Positions 40,544 through 50,321 of a DNA stretch of 64,000 nt are shown here, one piece after another. Location: IMG/VR virus record IMGVR_UViG_3300007735_000801. The stretch is one strand, 5' to 3'. The position numbers and the translations under genes are program-made. The first letter of the stretch is position 1; the number at the start of each line of letters is the position of its first letter. The notes under the pieces are model-generated. The model made no database searches and was not told the origin of the DNA. It saw nothing but the letters and a program-made list of their open reading frames with translations. This DNA comes from a virus.

Positions 40544-40743
40544 TACACGAATTTCAACAGCCTGTTCCCGTATTAACTCCACTGGGAGCAGGTTATATTC
40601 TATATGTTAAAACAAGTGGCATGTGGGAAAATGACATATTCACTGTGGCAATGGAGTCTGATGGTCAATTGCTGCATTTTCAAACTTCACAACTAAAAGT
40701 TTGGAGAAATGAAACTTTTGGTATTTGTAAAAAATTTGAATAA
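40540..40743 (+). CDS. Hypothetical protein
   Basis: 67-aa ORF with ATGA overlap. Confidence 0.55.
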   Translation: MIHEFQQPVPVLTPLGAGYILYVKTSGMWENDIFTVAMESDGQLLHFQTSQLKVWRNETFGICKKFE

Positions 40744-40750
40744 TTTTGAC

Positions 40751-40778
40751 TTGACTTTGCCTTTTCCTAGGGTATATT
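40751..40778 (+). promoter_or_regulatory. sigma70-type promoter TTGACT-N16-TATATT for the polymerase operon
   Basis: Intergenic, at the point where replication genes resume. Confidence 0.55.
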
Positions 40779-40823
40779 TGATTTAATGTTTGCTAGACAT
40801 TAAACCAACCAAAGGAAAATACT

Positions 40824-41306
40824 ATGAATCGTGAAGATCTGCTCAATATCCATGAAACCCTTACTCTCCGTGCTCGTGAACTGATGGACAAGAAAAATCG
40901 TGACTATGCTGGTCGTGGAGGCACAGAACCCTTCGCAAACTTTACTCGTGTCGAGTCTATGGGTATCTGCTCAACAGAACTTGGAATGTTGGTGCGAATC
41001 ACAGATAAATTGAGTCGTCTTTCTTCGTTTGCAGAAAGCGGTAAACTTGCAGTGGAAAATGAATCATTTGAAGACACAATTATTGATGTGATCAATTACA
41101 TGGTTCTGTTCTATGCTTACCTGCAAGACAAGACGGATAAGAGAAATATTTCAGATTATAAGCCTACGCAACTAGTTCCTCAACAACTATTAAACGAAGC
41201 AGTAAAGAAATTTAATCGAGAATATCAAATGGAAATTGAAAAAAGTATTAACGATAATGCCACTATGTTCGGAGATGTACGCCTTCCAACCACCAATTAT
41301 AAATGA
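40824..41306 (+). CDS. DUF1599/Nmad1-like all-alpha nucleotide-modification-associated protein
   Basis: KKNRDYA...PFANF...VRITDKLSRL...EDTIIDVINY. Confidence 0.75.
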   Translation: MNREDLLNIHETLTLRARELMDKKNRDYAGRGGTEPFANFTRVESMGICSTELGMLVRITDKLSRLSSFAESGKLAVENESFEDTIIDVINYMVLFYAYLQDKTDKRNISDYKPTQLVPQQLLNEAVKKFNREYQMEIEKSINDNATMFGDVRLPTTNYK

Positions 41307-43876
41307 GTGAATTCTATACATCGGTTCATCTTGTCGGAAACGACATTAAAGAAATCTATTACTGTAACGGAAAGCGAAGCACAAGAACTGTTCGTTTCCA
41401 GCCTACACTATTCACACCTTCCCTGAAGCGTGACGTAGAGTGGCATACACTAGAAGGAATTCCCCTTGAAGCGTATAAACCTGGAGATGTGGCTGACTGT
41501 AGAGAAGTATTTACCACATACGAAAATGTTGAAAACTTTCAGATATACGGCAACGAAGATTATGTTGCCCAGTATATTGCGGAACGATACTCTGGAGAAA
41601 TTCCTTATAATTATGCAGACCTGCGTGTTGCATTTCTAGACATTGAAACCGAGTGCGAAGACGGATTTCCTTCTCTGACCGAATACAATGAGCGAGTGAG
41701 TGCCATCACCGTGGAGATGGACGGTGTTCGCCATTCGTTTGCCATTCACGACTTCAGTATTCCTGATGTGGAATGTCATGTGTTTGGGGACGAACAAGAC
41801 ATGCTTGAAAGTTTTGTGGAGTACTGGGAACAGAATTATCCTGATATTGTGACTGGCTGGAACATCAGATTCTTTGATATTCCGTATCTCTATGGTCGTA
41901 TTGCCAAGATCATAGACCAAAAGACTGCGAAGCGATTGTCTCCGTTTCGTCAAGTGCGTGATCGAGTAATTAATCGCAAGGGCAAGGATCATAATGTGTA
42001 CGACTTGGTTGGTGTTGCCACCATGGATTACTATGAGTTGTACATTAAATTCACGTACACGAATCAAGAGTCGTACAGCCTGAATAATATTGCCAGCGTG
42101 GAACTGGGAGAAGCCAAGACCAATTACGAAGAGTATGACGGCATCAAGGACTTCTACACCAAGGATTGGCAGAAGTTCATGGAGTACAATAATCAAGACG
42201 TTGTGTTGGTGCAGCGACTGGACAAGAAGTTGAAACTAATGGAACTGGTTGTGGCAATGGCATACAACGCCAAGGTTAATTTCATGGACATCTTTTCTCA
42301 GGTTAAGACTTGGGACTCTATTATCTACCACCACCTGAACGATAAAAAGATTGCAATTCCCCTAAAGGTTTCAGGAGAAGAACAAGACACCCAGTTTCAG
42401 GGAGCGTATGTTAAAGAACCTATAGTGGGCTTGCACGAATGGGTAGTGGCATTCGATTTAGATAGTTTATATCCTCACTTAATTATTAATTATAATATGT
42501 CTCCAGAGACCAAGCATAAGATGGGTAAACGAAATACCCTGAAGCCTGAAGACATTCTACACCCAGAATCGTATGATGCACAAACAAATTTTATTCGCCT
42601 AGAGGATCATCAGAAGTTTGCCAAAGAAAATAACATTGCCATCACTTCTAACGGCATCTACTTCAAAAGAGAGAAGCAAGGCTTTCTTCCTGAACTGATG
42701 GAAACCATGTATTCAGAGCGAAAGATGTACAAGGAAAAGATGTTGGACTGCAAGGCAGAACTTAAAAGTCTGCCAAGCACGGCAACCAAGAAGGAACGAG
42801 AACTTCTAGAGTACAAGATCTCCAAGTATAATAATTTTCAGTTGTGCCGCAAGATTCAACTTAACTCGGCTTACGGTGCCATTGGAAATCGATGGTTCCG
42901 CTATTACGATCTAGATATTGCAGAAGCAATTACCATTTCTGGGCAGTTAAGTATTCGTTGGATCGAGAAAGCACTGAATGAGTTTGTCAACAAGATGGTT
43001 GGTACCACAGGAAAAGACTATGTGGCAGCATCAGACACCGATTCCATCTACCTGTGTCTGGACAAAGTGGTCCAGAAAGTGTTTGGTGGCAAGATGCCGT
43101 CTCAAGAACGAATTGCCGAAGTAATACAAAAGATTTGCGAAGATAAGATTGAACCTTATATCGAAGCCAAATATCAAGAACTTGCCAATACCATGAATGC
43201 CTACAAGCAAAAGATGCACATGAAGCGAGAGTCTATTTCCACCAAGGGTATTTGGACTGCCAAGAAACGATACATGCTGAATAACATCATGGGCGAAGAC
43301 GGAGTATTATTAAAGATTCCTGAACTGAAGATTGTTGGTATCGAGACGGCAAGGAGTTCTACACCACTAATGGTGCGTACAGCACTGAAGACTGCTATTA
43401 GTATTGTTATGAATAAGACGGAATTAGACGTTCAGGAATTTGCCAAAGATTTCAGGAATAAATTTAACAAGGCTTCCATACAGGACATTGCGTTTCCTCG
43501 CAGCGTGTCTGGTCTGGATCGATACGAATGTACTACGGCAGTGTATAAGAAGGGAACTCCTATTGCGGTGAAGGCATCCCTGTTATTCAATGATTATTTG
43601 GAAAAGAATAATCTAGAAAAGAAATACAGAAAAATTGCTGAGGCAGATAAAATTAAATTTATTTACTTGACGGAACCTAATCCGTTCTCTATAGTGAGCG
43701 GAAAAGAACAAGTAATTGCATTTATGCAGCATATTCCTAAAGAACTCCACCTAGATAAGTATGTGAATCGAGACCTACAATTCGAAAAATCTTTCAAAGA
43801 TCCCTTGACAAGGATCTTAGAGGTGATACAATGGAGTGTAGAGAAAATTAGTACCTTGGAGAGTTGCTTCGAATGA
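41303..43876 (+). CDS. gp43: Family B DNA polymerase gp43
   Basis: DIETE exonuclease motif, FDLDSLYP, KIQLNSAYG, SDTDS, KKRY. Confidence 0.98.
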   Translation: MSEFYTSVHLVGNDIKEIYYCNGKRSTRTVRFQPTLFTPSLKRDVEWHTLEGIPLEAYKPGDVADCREVFTTYENVENFQIYGNEDYVAQYIAERYSGEIPYNYADLRVAFLDIETECEDGFPSLTEYNERVSAITVEMDGVRHSFAIHDFSIPDVECHVFGDEQDMLESFVEYWEQNYPDIVTGWNIRFFDIPYLYGRIAKIIDQKTAKRLSPFRQVRDRVINRKGKDHNVYDLVGVATMDYYELYIKFTYTNQESYSLNNIASVELGEAKTNYEEYDGIKDFYTKDWQKFMEYNNQDVVLVQRLDKKLKLMELVVAMAYNAKVNFMDIFSQVKTWDSIIYHHLNDKKIAIPLKVSGEEQDTQFQGAYVKEPIVGLHEWVVAFDLDSLYPHLIINYNMSPETKHKMGKRNTLKPEDILHPESYDAQTNFIRLEDHQKFAKENNIAITSNGIYFKREKQGFLPELMETMYSERKMYKEKMLDCKAELKSLPSTATKKERELLEYKISKYNNFQLCRKIQLNSAYGAIGNRWFRYYDLDIAEAITISGQLSIRWIEKALNEFVNKMVGTTGKDYVAASDTDSIYLCLDKVVQKVFGGKMPSQERIAEVIQKICEDKIEPYIEAKYQELANTMNAYKQKMHMKRESISTKGIWTAKKRYMLNNIMGEDGVLLKIPELKIVGIETARSSTPLMVRTALKTAISIVMNKTELDVQEFAKDFRNKFNKASIQDIAFPRSVSGLDRYECTTAVYKKGTPIAVKASLLFNDYLEKNNLEKKYRKIAEADKIKFIYLTEPNPFSIVSGKEQVIAFMQHIPKELHLDKYVNRDLQFEKSFKDPLTRILEVIQWSVEKISTLESCFE
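43805..43832 (+). promoter_or_regulatory. sigma70-type promoter TTGACA-N16-TACAAT (TG extended) inside gp43 3' end
   Basis: Near-consensus, positioned to drive uvsX-gp41-gp61. Confidence 0.55.
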
Positions 43877-43992
43877 TAACAATGGAATTTATTTGTGTAA
43901 CAATTCTTTTTGTATTATTTGTTTGTTTGGCTTTGGTTGGATTGTGTGAAACAGTTGAGATACTTAAGAACGAAAGAAAAGGAAAAAAATGA
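43873..43992 (+). CDS. 39-aa single-TM peptide (not in ORF track)
   Basis: [39 protein letters not shown]; ATGA overlaps at both ends. Confidence 0.5.
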   Translation: MITMEFICVTILFVLFVCLALVGLCETVEILKNERKGKK

Positions 43993-45005
43993 GCTTTTTG
44001 AATGATATTATTAAAAATTCAGGTAACGAATACGCTTGCACAGTGGAAGACGGTATTGACGGCAGTGATGTTAAGGGTTTTATTGATACAGGCAGTTACG
44101 CATTTAATGCATTGGTGAGCGGTTCTCTCTACGGAGGAATCCCGAACAACAAGATTATTGCTTTGGCTGGCGAGTCTGCCACAGGCAAAACCTACTTTGC
44201 TATTGGTATGGTGAAGCGATTCCTGGAAAATAATAAAGATGCTGTGGTTCTTTACTTTGACACAGAACAAGCCGTTACCTCAGACATGTTTATCAGTCGT
44301 GGCATTGACTCTAAGCGTGTGGCTATCTTCCCTGTAGCAACTGTGGAAGAATTTCGCAAGCAACTTATCACCATTGCCGACAAGTACCTAGAGCAAGATA
44401 TCGCCAAGCGAAAGCCTATGATGGTTGTGCTTGACTCTCTGGGAATGTTGTCTACAAGCAAGGAAATCAACGACACAACAGAAGGCAAGGAAGTCCGAGA
44501 CATGACTCGTGCTCAAGTTATTAAGAGTACGTTCCGTGTGCTTACCCTGAAGTTGGGTAAGGCTGGAATTCCTCTAATCATGACCAACCACACATATGAT
44601 GTTATTGGATCCTATGTTCCAACCAAGGAAATGGGCGGAGGTTCAGGTCTCAAGTACGCTGCATCCACCATTGTATTCTTGTCAAAGAAGAAGGACAAGG
44701 ATTCGGAAGGTCAGGTTATTGGCAACATTATTCACTGCAAGTTATACAAGAGTCGCCTAACTAAAGAGAATCAAATGATTGATGTTCGACTCAATTACGA
44801 CAGCGGCTTAAATCTTTATTACGGATTACTTGACTTAGCTCTAAAGCATGGTATATTTAAGAAGGTCTCAACTCGCATTGAACTTCCTAACGGAGACAAG
44901 GCTTTTGAGAAGACAATTAATGAAGATCCTGAGAAGTTTTTTACCCCAGACGTAATGGCACAACTAGAACTTGCAGCAGCAAAAGAATTTAAATACGGTC
45001 AATAA
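43989..45005 (+). CDS. uvsX: RecA-like recombinase UvsX
   Basis: [33 protein letters not shown]. Confidence 0.96.
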   Translation: MSFLNDIIKNSGNEYACTVEDGIDGSDVKGFIDTGSYAFNALVSGSLYGGIPNNKIIALAGESATGKTYFAIGMVKRFLENNKDAVVLYFDTEQAVTSDMFISRGIDSKRVAIFPVATVEEFRKQLITIADKYLEQDIAKRKPMMVVLDSLGMLSTSKEINDTTEGKEVRDMTRAQVIKSTFRVLTLKLGKAGIPLIMTNHTYDVIGSYVPTKEMGGGSGLKYAASTIVFLSKKKDKDSEGQVIGNIIHCKLYKSRLTKENQMIDVRLNYDSGLNLYYGLLDLALKHGIFKKVSTRIELPNGDKAFEKTINEDPEKFFTPDVMAQLELAAAKEFKYGQ

Positions 45006-45008
45006 AAT

Positions 45009-46412
45009 ATGAAAGATTTTGAGCATGTCCTTTTAGAAGGACTTCTCTTTCGAGAAGACTTCTACAAGAAAGTTATTCCATTCATTAGTTTGGAATACTT
45101 TCATCGAAACCCAGTGCAGATGTTGTACACCTGCATTCACGACTTTGTTATTCAGTATAACAGTTGTCCTTCAAAAGAGGCAATCAGTATCTGTCTAGAA
45201 AAGCATAAGGGTATCAGTCAGGCAGACTATGATATCTGCATCGAAATGCTAGAGTCGTTTCAGAAAGAAGAAGCAGATAAGCACAACATTGATTGGTTGG
45301 TGGAAGAAACCGAGAAGTTTTGTAAAGAGAAGGCTCTATACAACGGCATCATGGAATCTATTCACATCATTGACGGCAAGAGCAAGGACAAGACCAAGAC
45401 GGCTATTCCTGACATCTTGAGCAAGGCTTTGTCTGTGTCTTTCGATACTCATATCGGACACGATTACCTAGAGGATACGGAACTTCGATACGATTTCTAT
45501 CACAAGGTAGAGCAACGAGTTCCGTTTGATCTAGAGTATCTGAACACAATTACAGCAGGCGGTACACCAAACAAGACGCTCAATATTGTTATGGCTGGAA
45601 CTGGAGTCGGCAAGTCTTTATTCTTGTGTCATCATGCGGCTAACTGTATCTCGCAGGGCAAGAATGTTCTCTACATTACTTGTGAAATGGCAGAAGAAAG
45701 AATTGCAGAGCGCATCGACGCAAATCTGTTGGATACCACACTTGATTCCTTGCGTGATCTTAGCAAAGAAATCTACGACAAAAGAATCAACAACATGAAG
45801 CAAACAGTCAAGGGTAAACTTATTATTAAAGAGTATCCTACTGCAAGTTCCAGTGTGAATCATTTTCGTGTGCTGTTGGACGAGTTGTGGCTCAAGAAGA
45901 AGTTCAAGCCTGATGTAATTTTTATAGATTATTTAAATATCTGTGCATCTTCTAGAATGAAGCAGGGTACGAATGTAAACTCATACACCTACATCAAAGC
46001 CATTGCAGAAGAACTACGAGGATTGGCAACAGAACGAAATGTTCCTATCTGGTCAGCCACACAAGTTAATCGTGTTGGATTTGGTAATTCAGATTTTGGT
46101 TTGGAAGATACGAGTGAATCGTTTGGTCTTCCTGCTACTGCTGATTTCATGATTGCCCTGATTGCCACAGAACGCCTAGACGAAATCAATCAGATCATGG
46201 TTAAGCAGTTAAAGAATCGATACAACGACACCGTTGCTAATCGTAAGTTTGTTCTTGGTATCAATCGAGCCAAGATGAAATTGTACGACATTCCCAAATC
46301 AGAACAGCCTCAGTTATCAGACAGCAATCCACAAGATCCTCCTGATAATGATGAAGATCGATTTAATAACAAGTTCAAGAAGTCAAGTAAATTTACAGGA
46401 TGGAAAGTATGA
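45009..46412 (+). CDS. gp41: Replicative helicase gp41
   Basis: AGTGVGKS, IIKEYPT, IDYLN, SATQ, SESFGLPATAD, KQLKNRY. Confidence 0.97.
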   Translation: MKDFEHVLLEGLLFREDFYKKVIPFISLEYFHRNPVQMLYTCIHDFVIQYNSCPSKEAISICLEKHKGISQADYDICIEMLESFQKEEADKHNIDWLVEETEKFCKEKALYNGIMESIHIIDGKSKDKTKTAIPDILSKALSVSFDTHIGHDYLEDTELRYDFYHKVEQRVPFDLEYLNTITAGGTPNKTLNIVMAGTGVGKSLFLCHHAANCISQGKNVLYITCEMAEERIAERIDANLLDTTLDSLRDLSKEIYDKRINNMKQTVKGKLIIKEYPTASSSVNHFRVLLDELWLKKKFKPDVIFIDYLNICASSRMKQGTNVNSYTYIKAIAEELRGLATERNVPIWSATQVNRVGFGNSDFGLEDTSESFGLPATADFMIALIATERLDEINQIMVKQLKNRYNDTVANRKFVLGINRAKMKLYDIPKSEQPQLSDSNPQDPPDNDEDRFNNKFKKSSKFTGWKV

Positions 46413-47473
46413 GTATATACATCGACAAAAAGTTTGTTAATTTTGTAGGAGCAAGTCTAGAGAAGTTTGCTTGGAAGAAGGATACTCTTGCTTGTTGTCG
46501 CTGTCCTATCTGCGGAGACTCCTCTAAAAATAAAAACAAGACTAGAGGATTCTTCTTTGTTAACAAGAATAAGTACTTCTACAAGTGTCACAACTGCGGA
46601 GTTTCTTGCAACTTGTACGGATTCCTAGAGAAAGTTTCTCCTTCGCTGTGTAAGGAATATTCTTTGGAAGTCTGGAAGGATGGGGATGGTATGAAGACGA
46701 AAAAGAAAATAGAGCCAGCAGTAACGGTCAAGAAGGTAAAGAAAAAGTATACAATAGAATTGCCTTTGGTATCAGAACTCCCACCAAATCATCCGTGCAG
46801 AACGTTTGTAGAACTCAGGAAGATTCCTAGAACTGCATGGAAGTATCTGTATTATGCAGAAGACTTTATAACGTGGGTAGGAACAATTAATCCTAAAGCC
46901 CATTTGGTGTTGGATAAATGTACACAACATTTTAATACTCCTTTAGGCTCTCGTCTAGTTATTCCTATTGTAAACGAAAACGGAGAATTAGTTGGAGCAA
47001 CAGGCAGAGTTATTACTGTTCCTAGTGATCCTAAACTGGTAAATCTGCAACGATATATTATTGTTAAAACGGAAGAATATGAAAACGACCACAAAGGTTG
47101 GTTTGGTCTAGATCGTGTAGATACAGGAACAGTTTATGTGGTAGAAGGTCCTTTGGATTCTTTATTCGTTCCTAATTGTGTTGCCATGCTTGGACTTAGT
47201 GATGTTTTAAATGTTCCCAGTCATTTGAAATCTAGGTCACTAGTATATGTTATAGATAATGAACCAAGGAGCAAAACAGTAGTGTCAACAATAGAAAAAT
47301 TATTAGAACAAGATAAGAAGGTTTGTATTTGGCCCGACCATATTAAGCAGAAGGATCTGAACGACATGATTTTGGCTGGTATGTCTGAAAAAGAATTACT
47401 ACAAACCATTAAAGAAAATACAGTGTCTGGTCTATCAGGAAAAATCAAATTTAACAACTGGAAAAAAATATGA
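46409..47473 (+). CDS. gp61: DNA primase gp61
   Basis: CPICGDS...CHNC zinc finger, VEGPLDS, DNEPR, KDLND. Confidence 0.95.
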   Translation: MSIYIDKKFVNFVGASLEKFAWKKDTLACCRCPICGDSSKNKNKTRGFFFVNKNKYFYKCHNCGVSCNLYGFLEKVSPSLCKEYSLEVWKDGDGMKTKKKIEPAVTVKKVKKKYTIELPLVSELPPNHPCRTFVELRKIPRTAWKYLYYAEDFITWVGTINPKAHLVLDKCTQHFNTPLGSRLVIPIVNENGELVGATGRVITVPSDPKLVNLQRYIIVKTEEYENDHKGWFGLDRVDTGTVYVVEGPLDSLFVPNCVAMLGLSDVLNVPSHLKSRSLVYVIDNEPRSKTVVSTIEKLLEQDKKVCIWPDHIKQKDLNDMILAGMSEKELLQTIKENTVSGLSGKIKFNNWKKI

Positions 47474-47706
47474 AAGAAATGGATTTTGAATCTGAAGATG
47501 CTGCTTTAATTTTTTGTTTTCTTTTAATTGAATATGTAAAAGGAACCGATCCAGAATTATTTAAAAAGGCTCATGCCTATGCTAAAGATAATACTGGTAT
47601 TGATATAACAAATTTTGAAATTGATCTAGATGATATTGGTGACGAAGACAACAACGATGATGATGATGAAGAAGATTTCGAGGACGACGATGAAGAAGAA
47701 GATTAA
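47470..47706 (+). CDS. Small very acidic protein
   Basis: 78 aa with D/E-dominated C-terminal third. Confidence 0.6.
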   Translation: MKEMDFESEDAALIFCFLLIEYVKGTDPELFKKAHAYAKDNTGIDITNFEIDLDDIGDEDNNDDDDEEDFEDDDEEED

Positions 47707-48370
47707 AGTTTTAGATCATGGACATGTAGAGTATGTCGAACATATGGGAAGCGACTTGACTGTGGTCAATGCTGCTCGTGTATCATTCAATAAAGAGAGC
47801 GAATGGTCTGATGAAGAAGATACTCTTGCAGATAAAGATATAAAATTAATCAATTATCTAGCAAAGCATCATCACTGGACACCATTTGCCCATCCTCAAA
47901 TTACACTAAGAGTCAAGGCACCTATCTTTATAAGAACACAATTGTTTAAGCATAAGGTAGGAATGGTGGAGAATGAAATGTCACGACGATACGTTACGGA
48001 TACACCAGAGTTCTATTCTCCTACTTGGAGAAATGCTCCAATCAATGGAGCAAAACAAGGAAGTTATGATTTTGTTGATCCAGTTCTGAGTATGGAATTG
48101 GATCACATGAATGAACGTATCATTGAAAGCGCACTACAGACATATCAATATTTACTGGAGAATGGTGTGGCACCAGAACAAGCACGTGCCATTCTTCCAC
48201 AAAGCACATACACCGAATGGTGGTGGACTGGATCACTCTCTGCATTTGCTCGTATATTTAAACAACGCTCAGATGCTCACGCACAATGGGAAGTTCAACA
48301 ATACGCTTCTGCTATTGGAGAAATAATTGAACCATTGTTTACCAACTCTTGGAATGTTCTTACTAAATAA
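47690..48370 (+). CDS. thyX: Flavin-dependent thymidylate synthase
   Basis: VVNAARVSF, HWTPF, KHK...NEMSRRY (variant of RHR motif), EQARAILP, HAQWE. Confidence 0.94.
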   Translation: MKKKIKVLDHGHVEYVEHMGSDLTVVNAARVSFNKESEWSDEEDTLADKDIKLINYLAKHHHWTPFAHPQITLRVKAPIFIRTQLFKHKVGMVENEMSRRYVTDTPEFYSPTWRNAPINGAKQGSYDFVDPVLSMELDHMNERIIESALQTYQYLLENGVAPEQARAILPQSTYTEWWWTGSLSAFARIFKQRSDAHAQWEVQQYASAIGEIIEPLFTNSWNVLTK

Positions 48371-48395
48371 TTTATAAATTAAAAGGAAACTTATC

Positions 48396-50321
48396 ATGCA
48401 TTTACCAACACAATTTCAACAATTCATCCACCTTTCTCGCTACAGCCGCTGGCTAGAAGAGGAGAATCGTCGTGAGACCTGGGAAGAAACTGTTAATCGT
48501 TACTTCCGTTTCTTTGATGGTCATCTAAAAGAAAATACTAAATGTAAGTTAGACAAAGCAGTAAGAGAAGAGTTACGCCAAGCAATTCTTAATCTAGAGG
48601 TCATGCCTTCCATGCGCTCCCTGATGACTGCAGGAGAAGCACTAGAGCGAGACCATACAGCAGGATACAACTGTTCGTATGTGGCAGTTAATCGAGTACG
48701 AGCATTTGACGAAATTTTATATATTTTAATGTGTGGCACAGGAGTTGGATTCTCCGTAGAAAGGCAATACGTTGAAAAATTACCAACAATTGCAGAGCAG
48801 TTTACTGATTCGGACACTACAATTATTGTACAGGATTCAAAGGCTGGTTGGGCTAAGGCTTACAAGGAATTGGTGTCCTTACTTATTGGAGGTCAAGTTC
48901 CAAAATGGGATGTCTCTAAAGTACGGGCTCATGGGGCGAGGCTTAAAACTTTTGGAGGTAGAGCCAGTGGACCTCAACCATTGGTTGATCTCTTTAGGTT
49001 CACTGTGGATACTTTTAAACGTGCCGCTGGACGCAAACTCACAAGTATCGAATGCCATGATATTGTCTGTAAGGTTGCGGAGGTTGTGGTGGTGGGAGGA
49101 GTCCGTCGATCTGCTCTTATCAGTCTATCAAACCTCACCGATGAACGTATGCGTGATGCAAAAACTGGAGCATGGTGGGAAGCCAATCCACAACGGGCAC
49201 TTGCGAATAATAGCGTAGTGTATAATGAACGACCAGAGATTGGTACCTTCATGGAGGAATGGGTTTCCCTGTATAAGAGCAAGAGTGGTGAGCGAGGTAT
49301 TTTTAATCGTGCCGCTGCTCAGAAGCAAACAGAGGGATTGGGTGATCGTCGTGATGCCACCTACGAGTTTGGAACAAATCCGTGCAGTGAAATCATTCTT
49401 CGTGACCGACAATTCTGTAATCTTACCGAGGTGGTTGTTCGTGCAGATGATACGATTGAGTCATTGACACGTAAGTGTCGTCTCGCCGCTATTCTTGGTA
49501 CATGGCAAGCGTCCCTGACTCACTTCCCATACCTGTCTAGCGAATTTACAAAAAATTGTGAAGAAGAAGCCCTATTGGGAGTGTCTCTTACAGGTATTTT
49601 AGATAATCATATTATGCGTGGTGAATCCCAAGACGATATTGCTGTGTTGCTTGCCGACCTGAAGAAGGTAGCAATAACAACAAATGCGGAATGGGCAAAG
49701 AAGTTAGGTATCAATGCAGCGGCTGCTATTACCTGCGTGAAGCCAAGCGGAACAGTGTCACAACTTGTTGACGCAGCCAGCGGTATTCATGCTCGTCACA
49801 ACGAATACTATGTTCGTACTGTTCGTGCAGATCGCAAAGATCCTCTGTGTCAAATGATGACAGATAAGGGATTTCCTGCAGAGCCTGATGTAACCAAGCC
49901 TGATCATGTTATGGTATTTTCGTTTCCTATGAAAGCGGTAGGATCAGTGACACGTAATGATATGTCTGCTCTGGATCACCTAGAGTTGTGGTTGACGTAT
50001 CAAAAGTATTGGTGTGAACATAAGCCGTCCATTACCGTAACAGTTCGTGAAGAAGAATGGATGGAAGTTGGTGCCTGGGTATATAAGCACTTTGATGAAG
50101 TTAGTGGTATCAGTTTCTTGCCACACAGCGACCATTCGTATCGTCAGGCACCATACCAAGACTGTACCAAGGAAGAATACGAAGCTCTATTGCTAAAGAT
50201 TCCTACAAATGTAGACTGGTCAGAACTCAAGAACTACGAAAAGGTAGATACAACTAGTGGCACACAAACATTTGCGTGTACTGGTGATAAGTGTGAACTA
50301 GTAGATCTAACTAGTAATTAA
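48396..50321 (+). CDS. nrdJ: Class II (adenosylcobalamin-dependent) ribonucleotide reductase
   Basis: PSMR, YNC, VVGGVRRSA, GTNPCSEI, CNL, TCVKPSGT, C-terminal CTGDKC; no nrdB adjacent. Confidence 0.92.
   Translation: MHLPTQFQQFIHLSRYSRWLEEENRRETWEETVNRYFRFFDGHLKENTKCKLDKAVREELRQAILNLEVMPSMRSLMTAGEALERDHTAGYNCSYVAVNRVRAFDEILYILMCGTGVGFSVERQYVEKLPTIAEQFTDSDTTIIVQDSKAGWAKAYKELVSLLIGGQVPKWDVSKVRAHGARLKTFGGRASGPQPLVDLFRFTVDTFKRAAGRKLTSIECHDIVCKVAEVVVVGGVRRSALISLSNLTDERMRDAKTGAWWEANPQRALANNSVVYNERPEIGTFMEEWVSLYKSKSGERGIFNRAAAQKQTEGLGDRRDATYEFGTNPCSEIILRDRQFCNLTEVVVRADDTIESLTRKCRLAAILGTWQASLTHFPYLSSEFTKNCEEEALLGVSLTGILDNHIMRGESQDDIAVLLADLKKVAITTNAEWAKKLGINAAAAITCVKPSGTVSQLVDAASGIHARHNEYYVRTVRADRKDPLCQMMTDKGFPAEPDVTKPDHVMVFSFPMKAVGSVTRNDMSALDHLELWLTYQKYWCEHKPSITVTVREEEWMEVGAWVYKHFDEVSGISFLPHSDHSYRQAPYQDCTKEEYEALLLKIPTNVDWSELKNYEKVDTTSGTQTFACTGDKCELVDLTSN

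Noticed and set aside
1564-49467. Many 60-190 aa antisense or alternate-frame ORFs in the track (e.g. 34585-35154, 41636-42196, 15719-16150)
   Set aside because: They lie wholly within well-supported genes and show no motifs or initiation signals; shadow ORFs
1878-50321. Introns or inteins in gp17, gp20, gp23, gp43, gp41, thyX, nrdJ
   Set aside because: All are continuous and of ordinary length, with no splicing motifs
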